Shown: positions 11,553 through 28,569 of the stretch, piece by piece
How positions within the stretch are numbered: position 1 is the stretch's first letter
Layout of the letters: each line of letters opens with the position of its first letter
Assembly: GCA_964016885.1 (NCBI GenBank)
Contig: OZ024759.1
Location: 13,640,001-13,704,000 of the forward strand
DNA from: Eledone cirrhosa
Lineage: Eukaryota
Direction of reading: 5' to 3'
Length of the DNA: 64,000 nt
The notes under the pieces: model-generated
The model's database searches: none
Told to the model about the DNA's origin: nothing
Seen by the model: only the letters and a program-made list of their open reading frames with translations
Made by a program: the position numbers and the translations under genes

Positions 11553-12367
11553 ATGGAAAGATAAATGGATGGATAGATAAATAGATAGATAGATATATAG
11601 ATAACTAAATATAATATATATATATATATTATCATGATTTTATACACACTCAAACACATATATATGTGTGTGTGTGTGTGTATGTTAGGAAGGGGATCCA
11701 GATGTAGAAATCAAGCCAAAACTAGTTCCCGTATGAGCATGACATGGACACCTGAGCTGGCATTGCCCACAACATGACAACCCCTCTAACCCATGCTAAC
11801 TTAGAAGAATGGACATAAAACTGAGATGATGATTATATATATATATATATATATATATAAATATATATAGGGTAAAGGGTAAAGCCTCTCTTCAGTCACG
11901 AATGACCATGGTTGAAAGTTTTCGAATGACCATCTTGAAAGTTTTCCTCCGAGACACAATTCCGGGCAAGGTTGTTTCTGGAAGACCAGCAGTCACCCAT
12001 ATATACCAGTCTCTCCTCTCCATGCCACCAATGTTGTCCAAGAGAAAGGCAATGGCCGATACAGCTTGGCACCAGTGACGTGACATATATATATACATCA
12101 TAGACTTACTATATATACACTATATTTAGATTATATATACACTAAACTACATCACCGATGTTGTCTGTTCTCCAAGGGAAAGGCAAAGGCCAATACAGCT
12201 TGGCACCAGTGACATCGCAACTCATTTCTACAGCTGAGTAAACAGGAACAATGGTAAATAAAGGGTCTTGCTCAAGAACACAACTCATCACTCGGTCCAG
12301 CAATCAAACTCACAAGCTCGCGATTGCAAGCCCAATGTTCAAACCACTAGACCATACACTCTAACCA

Positions 12368-13185
12368 CTAAACAGAAAACATGAGTGGAATAGCAATAAC
12401 AGCACAAATAGTAATTAAGGACAAGTTAAAGACATTCAGAGACACACAAGAACTAAACTAATAAAAAAACCCAAATATTCACAGATAGATCAAGCAACCA
12501 ATCAGTGACAAGTAAATACAGAGTACCCGACCTCCCATGGGTACATGCTGAAGCATATAAACAATATGCCCCCACACCCCCCACCGCAAGGTGGTCGTGG
12601 AGGTGCCACGGCAAAAAAGCACCCAGCCCACACTGTAAAGTGGACGTGTAGGCGCCACGAAAAAGCACCCAGCACTCACTGTAAATGAGGTTGGTGTTAG
12701 GAAGGGCATCCAGCTGTAGAAATCAAGCCAGATCAGTTCCTGTATGAGCAAGGCATGGTCAGCCGACCAGACACTGCACACAACAGGACAACCCGTCTAA
12801 CCCATGCTAGCGTGGAAGAACGGACGTAAAACGGTGATGATGATGATGATGAAGTTAAAGACATTCAGAGACACACACGAACTAAACTAATAAAAAAACC
12901 CAAATATTCACAGATAGATCAAGCAACCAATCAGTGACAAGTAAATAAACATATAAATAAATAAACAAACTCACACACGGATATAACACAAGCACATAGC
13001 TCACAAAAACCAGATGGTGTACAACAAAACCAAAGGAGAGACACAAAATAACAAATTAATTGGGAGGTCACAGAATATGTGACAAAAGAGCTTTGACAAT
13101 ATATAAACGACGTCCTGGAAACCAACTGGAAACTTGTAATATATTGAAGTGAAAACCAACAAGTGCAGGTGTTTTTATTGGCGGC
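12368..13185 (+). mobile_element. Penelope-like 3' fragment (same family as 49340-50230) interrupted by an RTE tail
   Basis: Matches the reverse complement of ~49400-49795. The RTE 3' UTR occupies 12515-12851. Confidence 0.7.
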
Positions 13186-13430
13186 ATGGCTTTATTTCAC
13201 ATTGCTCCAGTTTACTCAGCTGTAGAAATGAGATGATAGGGACTGGGTTCCCTATCATTCCACTGCAAAGTGGTCGTGGAGGTGCCACGGCAAAAAAGCA
13301 CCCAGCACTCACTGTAAATGAGGTTGGTGTTAGGAAGGGCATCCAGCTGTAGAAATCAAGCCAGAATCAGTTCCCGTCCCACCCTTGCAAGCAGGGAAAA
13401 GTGGACGTAAAATGATGATGATGATGATGA
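13183..13430 (+). mobile_element. SINE family 1, copy with deleted head
   Basis: Body and tail match 33060-33390. Confidence 0.8.
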
Positions 13431-13440
13431 TATATATACA

Positions 13441-14304
13441 CAGGGTGTGGACGATATTTGTTCGCAATTTTCAACTGCTAATTTTATGCAAATTTTTTTT
13501 ACTTCCCTTGTCACTCTTGTCTTCATAAAAACAGTGACTATATTTCCATTATTTATTTTCAGAATAATTGATTATGAATAATTTTGAACCTCCAAATTTG
13601 TGGAAGAGACACGGAGTTCTTCTTGGAATCCGCGCCGGGAGGACAAATAAGGAAATTTCAGACTTTCTCAGAACAACAGGTGGTTCGCTGTCTCATTCAA
13701 AGACGTGCCCAGAGTCATGCAGACAAAGTTTCCAGCAACAACATTGGTCTTAGGTGTCATCATGCCACCTCACTTCTTCCCTGAGGGCCTCAAGCTGAAC
13801 ACCGATGGCTACATCAGAGTTCTGAGCAAGGTAGTAAAGCCCTGGATCGACCAGGTAGCTGCTGGTAGGCCGTAAGTGTGGCAGCAAGACTCAGCACCCT
13901 GCCATACCAGCCGAAAGACCCCAAGCCTGGCTGTCAGAGAACTTCGTCGACCACACTTCACCTGACATCTGGCATCCCAGCTCGCCTGAATGCAACCCCC
14001 TCGACTTCTTTGGGTGGGGTGCAGTGGAACGAGACACCAACAGATCTAGCTGCAATACGAAAAACGATCTGAAGGCCAGGATCACAAGTGCCTTTAGGGG
14101 CCTAAGTTGGGGAACAGAGACGAAGGTCTGTAGTCGGTTCCGAGGCCGCCATCAAAGCCAATGGCGGGTTTATCGAGTGAGATCGAAAGAACAAGTCATG
14201 AAGACAAACTGACCCAAGTTTGATAAATATATCTTAAAAAATAAAACTACTGTGTTAATTTTTCCTAGACAGTAATCTTGCAAACAAATATCGTCCGCAC
14301 CCTG
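13441..14304 (+). mobile_element. Internally deleted Tc1/mariner transposon, DD37D (maT)-like
   Basis: TIRs CAGGGTGTGGACGATATTTGTTCGCAA and TTGCAAACAAATATCGTCCGCACCCTG, with TA on the right. WQQDSAPCH...WHPSSPECNPLDF gives 37 residues between the Ds after correcting one frameshift. Confidence 0.85.
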
Positions 14305-14309
14305 TATAT

Positions 14310-14366
<57 letters not shown>

Positions 14367-14531
14367 TTTTAATATAGAAGAGCTTTTAATATAAAGCTCT
14401 TCTATATTAAAACTTTTATACTCTGCTATGTATTGAGTACCTTACTTACTGTGGTTACCTCCGATTCAACCCGGAATAACTTATATATATGGGGAGGGTC
14501 ATATTGTTATAATATTGCCAGAAATAATAAT

Positions 14532-14574
<43 letters not shown>

Positions 14575-15194
14575 TATATATACACACACGTGTGTATATA
14601 TATATATATATACACGTACATACATATATACAGAGGAAGAGATAAAATCCAGACTGTGGTGGCACATGAGAGAATAAGAGATAAGAATCCAGACAACGGC
14701 GCCATGTAAATATGTATAAATATGTATAAATATATACATATGTATATGTATATATATATATACACACACACACATATATATATATGTTATCAGGTTTTTT
14801 TTTAAAAAGCAGCACGTGATTCAAGTATTTTAAAGTTACATTGTTTCATCAAGAAAAGTTTCAGTCATAAAATTATCTTTTCACACCCTAACAACATAGT
14901 TATTTCCTGCATTAAACCACTTCAACTATGACACACCCATGGAAATATGGTCCAACGATTAAATTGTTTGTTTTGGAATCCTTTGATCCCCCAGTTCAAT
15001 CTCACTGCTTGACATAAATGGCAAATATAATTTACTCTAGTCTTGGGTCAACCCTTGCCTTGTCTGTGAAATTAGGTTGACATTTTTATATCTTTTATCG
15101 CTCTTTCTTTGGATGAACATCTAACATCCAAGATATATATACTTGGTGTAGCAATAAAGTCTTTAGAATAAATATTTAAATAAAAATGCACAAC

Positions 15195-16162
15195 ATCATC
15201 ATCATCATCATCATCACCGTTTTAAGTCCGTTCTTCCAAGCTAGCATGGGTTAGATGGGTTGTGGGCAGTGTCCGGTCGGCTGACCTTGTCTTGCTCATA
15301 CTGGAACTGATTCTGGCTTGATTTCTACAGCTGGATGCCTTTCCTAACACCAACCTCATTTACAGTGAGTGCTGGATGCTTTTTCCCGTGGCACCACCAC
15401 GTCCACTTCACAGTGTGGGCTGGGTGCTTTTTTGCTGTGGCACCTCCACGACCTCTTTGTAGTGGGTGGGGGGTCATATTGTCTTTAGGCTTCAGCTTGT
15501 ACCCATGGGAAGTTGGGTCTTCTGTATTATTGCGTGACGCCAGAGGTCACAGTCATGTGTCATCGCCTTTGAGAGGTGCAATTGGGTAAGGTCGGCTTTT
15601 ATCACCTCATCCTAGGTCTTCTTGGGTCTCCCCACTTCACGGCTTCTATCGACTTCTAGTGCTCTGCACCTTTTCATGCAGCTGTCATCCTTCATGCGCA
15701 TCACATGTCCAAACCAACGCAGCCTCCTCTCCTGCACACAGCATTTGATTCCTCTTATGCTCAGTCTCTCTCTCAATTTGTTTATGCTTTGCCGTTCACG
15801 TATATTACTATTGTACATCCATCGGAGCATGCAAGCTTCATTTCTTTCTAATCTACGCAAGTCTTCTACACGCAATGCCCAGAGAAAAGTCTTTTACAAC
15901 TAGCAGTGGCAGTAGCACCCTGAACTTCTTCCACCCCCTTCTTACTCCAAATGCAAAGAATGGGTACACAAGAGATGTAGTGGGATCTCAGGAAGCTTAG
16001 CTAGGAATGTAGGTTTTACAAGTAGCAGCTGCGCCGGGACAGCAAGCAGCAAACAGCGACAGGAAACAAGTACCACTAAACTCTGGGAGGGCTCTGTAGA
16101 AACAGTAGACAGCTTTTGCTACCTAGGTGACCGAATTAACAGTGGAGGTGGGTGTTCAGAAC
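15195..16162 (-). mobile_element. RTE LINE 3' fragment with a 5' inverted segment
   Basis: (CAT)n tail at 15195. ORF 15612-15875 reads LRRLERNEACMLRW..LRWFGHV. 15950-16162 is the upstream RT-adjacent sequence in the opposite orientation. Confidence 0.85.
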
Positions 16163-17074
16163 AACATATTGAAACTAAAATTTATTTATTCTGCAAAACA
16201 ATCTCCATTGAATGCGATAATATCTTCACAGTGCTTATGCAAACATTTAAGTCTTTCTGGGACTGTTCCTTTGGCAATTATCGAAACCAGTGCAATAATT
16301 CAGCTACCACCTCTTCTAATGAAACGAAAACAAATTTCCAAAGATGTTGCTTTAATAATTTGAACACCCAATGATCACACAAATTATGTCAAGACTATAG
16401 AGTGATTGTTTGATCATTGCCACGCTTCACCTCTGGAAAAAAACTTTTATGCATTACGCAGTTCAATGTGTGTATCATAAACTCACAAGAATGACAGCAA
16501 AATAATTATGTATTGGCCAATGAGAAAATAAAGCATTCATACAAACATTTTTGTACAGGAATATATATATAACGGTACAGAGAAGTACGGAATACCCTGG
16601 CCTCGGGTTGGTGTCTACATTTTTTGCTTATAAAAAAAATGTGTCGTACATTACCAGGGTTTTTTCCCGTTCGAAGAAAATCAATACTTTATCGTGAAAT
16701 AAATAGTTTTGTTTATATGTGTATGCAAAAATATTTGTACACGAATATATAATTATATATTAAAATAACAGATTAAAGTTTAAGCAAAGAATCGCTGCTT
16801 TCACCTTTAACGGGATCTTCTGAAACTAAAATAATAAATCTGTGAACGCAAAAGTAAATATTTCGAAAAACGTTACACACTATATATATATATATACATA
16901 TACCGACACACACATAATGACTTAATGCAGACAGCCATGCCTACAGACAGATATTATAAGAGCTCAACATAATATCTATGTATCTATCTAAAAAGAGAAA
17001 GACTAAGAGAGAGAGAAAGAGATCGCTAAATCGCCTAATGCGGTCCCTATCAGTTAGCATGTATATATATATAT

Positions 17075-17469
17075 ATATATTGGTAAACGGAATAGAAAAT
17101 GCTGACAAATTGTTCACAGTTGAAAAATGGTTTAATTAGGAATAAAAGAGTATTAGTGATTGTATGGGTTAGTATTCAGTTGTGGTTTTAAGTTTTTACC
17201 GGTTGCGCATTTCTAAATGCTTTTCAAAAATAATTTTGAGATAGAGTGTCCGTGCTGTTTGCTCTGATCAGAGCAAACAGCACGGACACTCTATCTCAAA
17301 ATTATTTTTGAAAAGCATTTAGAAATGCGCAACCGGTAAAAACTTAAAAACTTAAAACCACAACTGAATACTAACCCATACAATCACTAATACTCTTTTA
17401 TTCCTAATTAAACCATTTTTCAACTGTGAACAATTTGTCAGCATTTTCTATTCCGTTTACCAATATATA
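17075..17469. repeat. ~395-bp near-perfect palindrome centred on gctctga|tcagagc
   Basis: The arms are reverse complements apart from an 8-nt duplication (aaaactta) in the right arm. Confidence 0.9.
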
Positions 17470-17498
17470 ATAACTTGTGTGTTACACCTCTATTCTTT

Positions 17499-17574
<76 letters not shown>

Positions 17575-17576
17575 CC

Positions 17577-17609
<33 letters not shown>

Positions 17610-17611
17610 CC

Positions 17612-20263
<2,652 letters not shown>

Positions 20264-20883
20264 ATATATATATATGACCAAAGATTAATATGGTTCATTG
20301 ATTACTCAATGAATATAGTTTTACAATAGATTAAAAGCACTCTACATAAAGTTTTCAGGAGTTATTAATATTATTCAGAATATTAAATGAAGATATTCGC
20401 ATAATCAAAATATATGTTTTATTATATAAATTTTGACGGTACTGTGCTGTTTTTTCAGTACGTCCTCGTCAGATAAATTATGTGTGTGTGTGTGTGTTGT
20501 ATGGGGATTTATTTCAATGTGTCAGCAATGCGTCAGTGTCTATCCCAGTGTATGTGTACTGCTGGGTGTGTATATTTACACATTATGTAAATGAACTGAC
20601 AGATCATGTTTCTATTTTCATCATTCTCATACATATCCGAGTGAATACATCTATATTATTGTTAGTATAGTACTCTTCTACCCAGTATTGTATTGCATTG
20701 ACTAATATTGTGATAAGGACGGGGGTTGAGCAGGACGGGGGTTGAGCAGACTGTGTCAGGGTGGCTACTATTGTGGTGACCAGGTCATCATTGTGAAGAA
20801 TTTTAAAATTAAATATTTCAAATCATCTATCCATCCACACACAGAGACACACATACACACCCACAGCCACGCACACACAGATA

Positions 20884-20922
<39 letters not shown>

Positions 20923-20931
20923 CGATATAGC

Positions 20932-21263
20932 GGCACATAGCTTAGTGGTTAGAGCATTGGCCTTGCAATCGAAAGGTTGTGAGTTCAATTCTCAGACTGG
21001 GTGATGTGTTGTTTCCTTGAGCAAGACACTTTATTTCACATTGCTCCAGTTTACTCAGCTGTAGAAATGAGATGATAGGGATTGGGGTCCCTATCATTCC
21101 ACTACAAAGTGGACGTGGAGGTGCCACGGCAAAAAAGCACCCAGCACTCACTGTAAATGAGGTTGGTGTTAGGAAGGGCATCCAGCTGTAGAAATCAAGT
21201 CAGAATGAGTTCCCATCCCACCCTTGCAAGCAGGGAAAAGCGGACGTAAAATGATGATGATGA
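20932..21263 (+). mobile_element. SINE family 1 (tRNA head, CORE-like block, RTE-derived tail)
   Basis: A box TAGCTTAGTGG, B box GAGTTCAATTC, ccttgagcaagacacttta block, and (TGA)n end. Confidence 0.9.
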
Positions 21264-21515
21264 CCTCAGCCGGATGGCTGGAACAGGTGTAAGAGTAAAA
21301 GAGTAATGTGTGTGTATATATATATACATGTGTATGTATGTATATATATATATATATATGTGTGTGTGTATATATAGATATATATATATATACATATATA
21401 TAAAATATATATATATGTGTACATATATATATACATATATATATATATGTATATATATAAAATATATATGTGTGTGTGTGTATATATATAGATATATACA
21501 TATATATAAAATATA

Positions 21516-21547
<32 letters not shown>

Positions 21548-21689
21548 GATATATATACATATATATAAAATATATATACGTGTACATATATATATATATA
21601 TATAGATATATATATAAAATATATATATGTGTACATATATATATATATATAGATATATATACATATATATATAATATATATATGTGTAC

Positions 21690-21753
<64 letters not shown>

Positions 21754-21806
21754 GATATATATATACACATATATGTATGTATATATATGTATACATATAT
21801 ATATAT

Positions 21807-21838
<32 letters not shown>

Positions 21839-21949
21839 ACATATATATACACATATATATATATATGCATGTATATATATGTATACATATATATATATAC
21901 ATATATATATATATGCATTATATAGATGTATATATATATATATACACAT

Positions 21950-22290
21950 GGAGGCACATGGCTTAGTGGTTAGAGCATTGGATTTGCAATCGAAAGGTTG
22001 TGAGTTTAATTCTCAGACCGGGTGATGTGTTGTTTCCTTGAGCAAGACACTTTATTTCACATTGCTCCAGTTTACTCAGCTGTAGAAATGAGATGATAGG
22101 GACTGGGGTCCCTATCATTCCACTGCAGAGTGGTCGTGGAGGTGCCACGGAAAAAAAAGCACCCAGCACTCACTGTAAATGATGTTGGTGTTAGGAAGGG
22201 CATCCAGCTGTAGAAATCAAGCCAGAATCAGTTCCCGTCCCACCCTTGCAAGCAGGGAAAAGCGGACGTAAAATGATGATGATGGTGATG
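21950..22290 (+). mobile_element. SINE family 1
   Basis: Same layout as 20932-21263. Confidence 0.9.
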
Positions 22291-22292
22291 AT

Positions 22293-22324
<32 letters not shown>

Positions 22325-22325
<1 letters not shown>

Positions 22326-24752
22326 CATCATTATCATGATCACCGTTTTACGTCCGTTCTTCCACGCTAGCATGGGTTAGACGGGTTGTCCTGTTGCGGG
22401 CAGTGTCTGGTTGGCTGACCTTGTCTTGCTCATACGGGAACTGATTCTGGCTTGATTTCTACAGCTGGATGCCCTTCCTAACACCAACCTCATTTACAGT
22501 GAGTGCTGGGTGCTTTTTTTCCATGGCGCCTACACGTCCACTTTACAGTGTGGGCTGGGTGCTTTTTTGCCGTGGCACCTCCACGACCACCTTGCAGTGG
22601 GAGGGTGTTGGGGCATATTGTCTATATGCTTCAGCTTGTACCCATGGGAGGTCGGGTGCTCTGTATTACTGCGTGATGCCAGAGGTCACGGTCATGTGTC
22701 ATCGCCTTTGAGAGGTGTAATTGGGTAAGGTCGGCTTTTATAACCTCATTCCAGGTCTTCTTGGGACTCCCCACTCCGCAGCTTCCATTGACTTCTAGTG
22801 CTCGGCACCTTTTTATGCAGCTGTCATCCTTCATACGCATCACATGTCCATACCAACGCAATCGTCTCTCCTGCAAACAGCATTTGATTCCTCTCATGTT
22901 CAGTTTCTCTTTCAATTCATTTATGCTTTGCCCTTCGCGTATTACACATCCATCGGAGAATGCAGGCTTCGTTCCTTTCTAATCTACGCAAGTCTTTCAC
23001 AGACAGCACCCAGGTCTCACTACTATGTAACATCGCTGTTCGGATACACGCATCATACAGTCTGCCTTTCATTCTGAGGGAGAAGCCTTTTGCAGCTAGC
23101 AGTGGTAGTAGTTCCCTAAACTTCTTCCATCCCGTTCTTACCCTAGTTATTGTACTTTCTGAGCACCCACCTCCGTTGCTAATTCGGTCACCTAGGTAGC
23201 AGAAGCTGTCTACTGTTTCTACAGGGCCCTCCCAGAGATTGATAGTACTGGTTTCCTGTGGCTGTTTGCTGCTTGCTCTCCCACATTCTTAGTTAAGCTT
23301 CCTGAGATCCCGCTACATCTCTTGTGTACCCATTGTTTGCATTTGGGGCAGAGAATGGAGTTCCTACCTACACATTTCCTACATACTGAGCAAGGCCATT
23401 TCCCTGAGGGGATCTGGGTTCTGTTTTCTCGTCTACTTACAAGGACCTTAGTCTTTGTCAGGTTGACTTTGAGACCCTTTCTTTCTAGTCCCTGCTTCCA
23501 AGTTTGGAATTTCTTCTCTAGTTCTACCATAGATTCAGCTATAAGTGCGAGGTCATCTGCATACAGGAGTTCCCATGGGCATCCGGTCTTAAACTCCTCC
23601 ATTATTGCCTGCAGGACTATGATGAACAGGAGAGGGCTAAGAACAGAGCCCTGGTGGACCCCAACCTGTATGCTAAATTCCTCGCTATACTCATTGCTAA
23701 TCCTAACTTTGCTGACTGCTCCCCTATACATGGCTTGTACCGCTTTCACAAGCCATTCATCTACTCCTAGTTTTCTAAGAGCCCACCAGATTATAGCATG
23801 GGGAACTCTGTCAAAGGCTTTCTCGAGATCGATGAATGCCAGGTAGAGTGGCTTACTTTTAGCAAGGTACTTTTCCTGTAACTGCCTCACAGGGAAGAGG
23901 GCATCAGTGGTGCCTCTTCCTGGTACAAACCCAAATTGCATCTCATCTAGTTTCACCCGGTCCCTAATCAACTGTGCTATAACTCTTTCTGTTACTTTCA
24001 TGACCTGGTCCATCAGCTTTATACCTCTATAGTTTCCTCTATCTAGTGCATCACCTTTACCTTTGTAGCAGTTGACAATGATGCTACTGCACCAATCCTT
24101 TGGTATGACACCTTCTAGTATTACCGGGTTAACAATACATGTGGTTATGGTGTGACCTACCGACCCAGATGCCTTCGGCCTCTTGGCAGCTATACCCGAT
24201 GGACCGGTTGCCTTCCCCATCTTCATATCTTTGATTGCCTTACTTACTACGCTGCTGCTGACTTGTACTGCTGGCCCCTCTATAGGGTGTACTTGGGGTA
24301 GGGTCTCTTCTTCCCATGCATTCTCATTTAGTAATCTATCATAATGGCTCTTCCATGCATCTTTCTTCTCAGCACTTGTGAGGGCAAGCTCACCTTTATC
24401 AATCCGGATACACTTCGCTCCAATGACATCACAATTCTCTCTGACACACTGCCTCGCAATTGTTTCTGGTCCTCACGTTGCAAAACATGCTTGAAATTTC
24501 TATCCTCTACTTCCCTCCTAGCTAAGTATACTTGTCGCCTAGCTTCCCTCTTGGTCTCTATGTAATGTACCCTGCTCCCCCCGTTCTTCCATTCTTTCCA
24601 TGCCTGTCTCTTGGCCTTAACTGCCTCATCTACCTTATTGTTCCACCACCAAGTCACTCTCCTCCTGCCTGTGGTCTTACTCCAGCCACAGATATCATCC
24701 GTCGCCTTTAGTAAGTTATTTTTTAGGAACTCCCAATGCTCTTCTACATTGA
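22325..24752 (-). mobile_element. 5'-truncated, frameshifted RTE LINE
   Basis: ORF pieces 24328-24657, 23219-24226 (YADD) and 22631-22915, with 3' UTR and tail. Confidence 0.95.
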
Positions 24753-24919
24753 ATGTCTCTATCTGTTCTTCTTTACTGTCATAGGCATTGAGTAAAATAT
24801 CTTAATGGGTATATAATGGGTATATAATTGAGTAACATATATTAATGTGTATACCTCTGATCTTAAGTTCAATGTTTCTAATGTTTCTATGTTATATATA
24901 TGTTCTATATATATATATT

Positions 24920-25073
24920 CCTGGACCGGGCGATGCGTTATGTCCTTGAGCAAGACGCTTTATTTCACATTGCTCCTTCTACCTGGAGTTGTGACCAATA
25001 GATAGTAATAGCAATTGGAAAGACCAATGGAAACATTGTTTCCTCGGTCTGATTTGACGAAAGTCAATTGACT
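24920..25073 (+). mobile_element. SINE family 2, 5'-truncated
   Basis: Matches the 3' part of 27403-27615. Confidence 0.8.
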
Positions 25074-25299
25074 GTCATATGTTATATATATTTAATGTAT
25101 TTTTAATACTAATTCAATGTATCACGCTTCACTTCCAACTGTTATTTTTTATGCCCAAAGTTGAGAGATTTTTTGTGCTACTTTCAAACTGTTTGAAATT
25201 TAACTGCCTAAATAAGATTGGTTCTATATCTTATGCGTGCGTTTACTTCCTCTTTCAGAAGCCAAGTGATGACAGTGACAGGCAAAAACTGTGACTTAA

Positions 25300-25520
25300 C
25301 CCTTTAGCATTTATATCGGCCATATCCGGCCACAATTTTCTCACCTTTTTCTGTTCAAACCAGCCAGAACCAGCCACTCATATTGATGTTAAGGTATTTT
25401 TCTCAAAATAAATAATATCAAAATCTCATAGATTCGATATTATGTTAGATAATTATGTGAGGTAAAGCATTTACCATGAAAATACAATAGTATATATAGA
25501 GTAATGTAAATGTTAAAGCG
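25300..25520. mobile_element. piggyBac-like MITE (TTAA TSD)
   Basis: TTAA|CCCTTTAGCATTTA ... TAAATGTTAAAGCG|TTAA. Confidence 0.75.
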
Positions 25521-26381
25521 TTAATTGCTAGTAGACCTTTGCAATAGAACATAATGGATCGATTCCCGTCAACGAATCTCTGAGTTGATCCTTGTCGCGT
25601 TCATAGTTCTGGAATTAATGAGTGACTTCTGTGTACTGTGTGCAACAATTGCACCCCAGTGCAGAGGATACGATGAAGAAACCAACGACTTCCGTTTGGT
25701 CCAGGCTAAATTCTTTAACACCCGCACATAATCTTCAACTTTCCACTAATAACTAAATGTATGCGCTCTGAATCACGGACAGGCACTTCGGAAATGCAAG
25801 TTCGATGAAATCACTGAGTGTGTGGGAAATTTTGGTGTACTAGCTCAAACTCAGTTTGTCAAGTTCAATATATCTGTTAGACACGCAGTGACTAAGAACA
25901 GAATGTTTTAAGTCTGCATGTCTCACATATATGCGTAGCTTGTGAATAAAAAATTCAAGGAGTTTCCCTGGCTGTGGTGATCCCTGCCTAAGGCTTGGTG
26001 TGACCAACTGACCACCCTTCCCTCATAATGGGACCACCCAGATCCCAGCAACAGTCTTAATATTGTGCAAGGTATGGCATGACCATCTGACCTGACTTGG
26101 CTCATAACAGGATCACCCAGTAACATGGCCCTACAATGAAAAAGGCTTGGTGCAGCCAACTGACCAGACCTCCCTCAGTGGGACCACCCAGCTCCCAAAC
26201 TATGGTTCTGTTGTGAGCAGGGTACAGCATGGCCAACTGGCTTGTCCCACACTGTAAAGGTGGTTGGTGTTAGGAAGGGCATTCGGCTGTAAAATTCCCA
26301 GCCAGATTTACAGTTCTGTCTGAGCAAGCTATGGCGTAACCAATTGGCCAGACTGTCTCAAGACGTGGACAATCCATCTAA

Positions 26382-26603
26382 CTCTTTAGCATTTAAACTG
26401 GCCACATCCGGCCAGAATTCAATCACTTTTTTTCTGTTCAAACCTGCCATAAACGGCCACTCATACTGATGTTAAGGTATTGTTCTCAAAATAAATAATA
26501 TCAAAATCTCATAGATTTGATATTATGTGAGATAATTAAGTGTGATAAAGTCTTTGCTGTGAAAATTCAATAGTATATATTGAGTCATGTGAATGCTAAA
26601 GGG
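26382..26603. mobile_element. piggyBac-like MITE, same family, inserted in an RTE-type tail
   Basis: ctaa|ctctttagcattta ... gaatgctaaaggg|ttaa. It splits the tail sequence at 26245-26650. Confidence 0.75.
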
Positions 26604-27168
26604 TTAAGTCAGGAAAGCATGGAAAATCGGACGATAAACGGTGATGATGATATATATATGTGTGTGTATGTATTTGTTTGCAAGAGTGTGTGTGTGTGTG
26701 TTTGTTTAAAACATCCATGTTAAAGCCTGTCTCATTTCTACAATTACATGCACAGATAAGCAACAGTAAACAACAACAACATCACTTACTTTTCTTGAAG
26801 AGTGGTCATGCTTGAGTGAGTATCTGATGTTAAGACAAGATACCAGTGTTAGTAGCGGCTGTTTAAATAACAAAATATCTTCCTAACTGTAACAAGGTTT
26901 CAATTGGTTACACATCATGGAAATAAATGGAGGAGAGGATGGCAGAGAAAGAGTAGAGAAAGAGGGAGAAAGGAAGAAAGAAGTGGTTATTGTTTGTCCA
27001 TCATTGTACTTGTATTATTTTCCAATATATACATGTTTAGACATACAAAATTACATGTATATACAAATTGTATATATAAATATATATATATGTATATATA
27101 TATATGTATATATATATATGTATATATATATGTATATATATATATGTATATATATATGTATATATATG

Positions 27169-27201
<33 letters not shown>

Positions 27202-27402
27202 TATATATATATATATTCATACATATATATATTATATATATATATACATACACATATATATATTATATATATATATACATATATATATTACATATATATA
27301 TATAAATATATAAAAATATATATTATATATATATATACATATATAAATATATATTATATATATATATATGTATATATATACATACATATATATATATATT
27401 AT

Positions 27403-27615
27403 AGGCATGTGGTTGATTGGTTAGAGAACTGGATTCAAAATCGTGAGGTTGTCAGTTTGATTACTGGACCAGGCGATGCGTTATGTCCTTGAGCAAGACA
27501 CTTTATTTCATGCTGCTCCTTCTACCTGGAGTTGTGACCGACAGATAGTATTAGCAATTGGAAAGACTAACGGAAACATTGTTTCCTCGGTCCTCTTTTG
27601 CGAAAGTCAATCGAC
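27403..27615 (+). mobile_element. SINE family 2 (tRNA head, CORE-like block, different tail)
   Basis: Degenerate A/B boxes, gtccttgagcaagacacttta, and tail ..ggaaacattgtttcctcggtc. Other copies at 24920, 41748-41962 (-) and 53484-53630. Confidence 0.85.
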
Positions 27616-27884
27616 AAATTTATATATATATATATATATTATATATATCTATATATATATATATCTACATATATATATATTATATATATATATATATCTA
27701 CATATATATATATTATATATATATATCTACATATATATATATTATATATATATATCTACATATATCTATATTATATATATCTATATATATATCTACATAT
27801 ATATATTATATCTATCTATATATATATCTACATATATATATATTATATCTATATATATATAGAGATATATATATATATATATCT

Positions 27885-28258
27885 ACATCATCATCATCAT
27901 AATCATCATCGTTTAACGTCCATCTTCCACGCTAGCATGGATTTGGACAGGAATTTTCCCACTTGAGGCAAGTTTGGTTGTCTTGCTCGTATAGGACTGT
28001 CTGGCGGGTTTTCTATGGCTGGATGCCCTTCCTAACACCAACCACGTTTACAGTGTGGGACTGGGAGGTTTTTACCGTGATACCTACATGGCCACATTAC
28101 AGCGTGGACTGTGTGTTTTTTTGTCGTGACACCTACACGACCTCATTTGTTTCGGGCTGGATGTTGTGATACCAACATAACTTTACATTGAAAGGGGCGG
28201 TGTGGATGGGGTGGGGGTAGTGGGACGGGGGTGTATTTTTGTTAGAGGTGCCTACTGA
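27885..28258 (-). mobile_element. RTE LINE 3' UTR fragment (subfamily of 17612-20148)
   Basis: Reverse complement of ~19772-20148. Confidence 0.9.
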
Positions 28259-28569
28259 CTATATATATATATATATATTATATATATCTATATATATATA
28301 TATATATATATATCTACATATATATATCAGGGGCGAAGGGTCCGTGCATGCATTATAGAATCTTGAGTTGATCAATTGCATCGGTTGAAGCAAGTAGAAT
28401 TTTGGCTGCTTACTAAAACGTAGACACAAAAAAAGATAACACACACACATGCACACTAGATAACACTACATGTGGCCTTGACCGGGAGGGTCATTTAGAG
28501 GGCACAGCCCCACTTTCTGCCATGGCGATTGGACTGCATGCCCTGTGTTCCAGGTTACCCTTTGCCACT

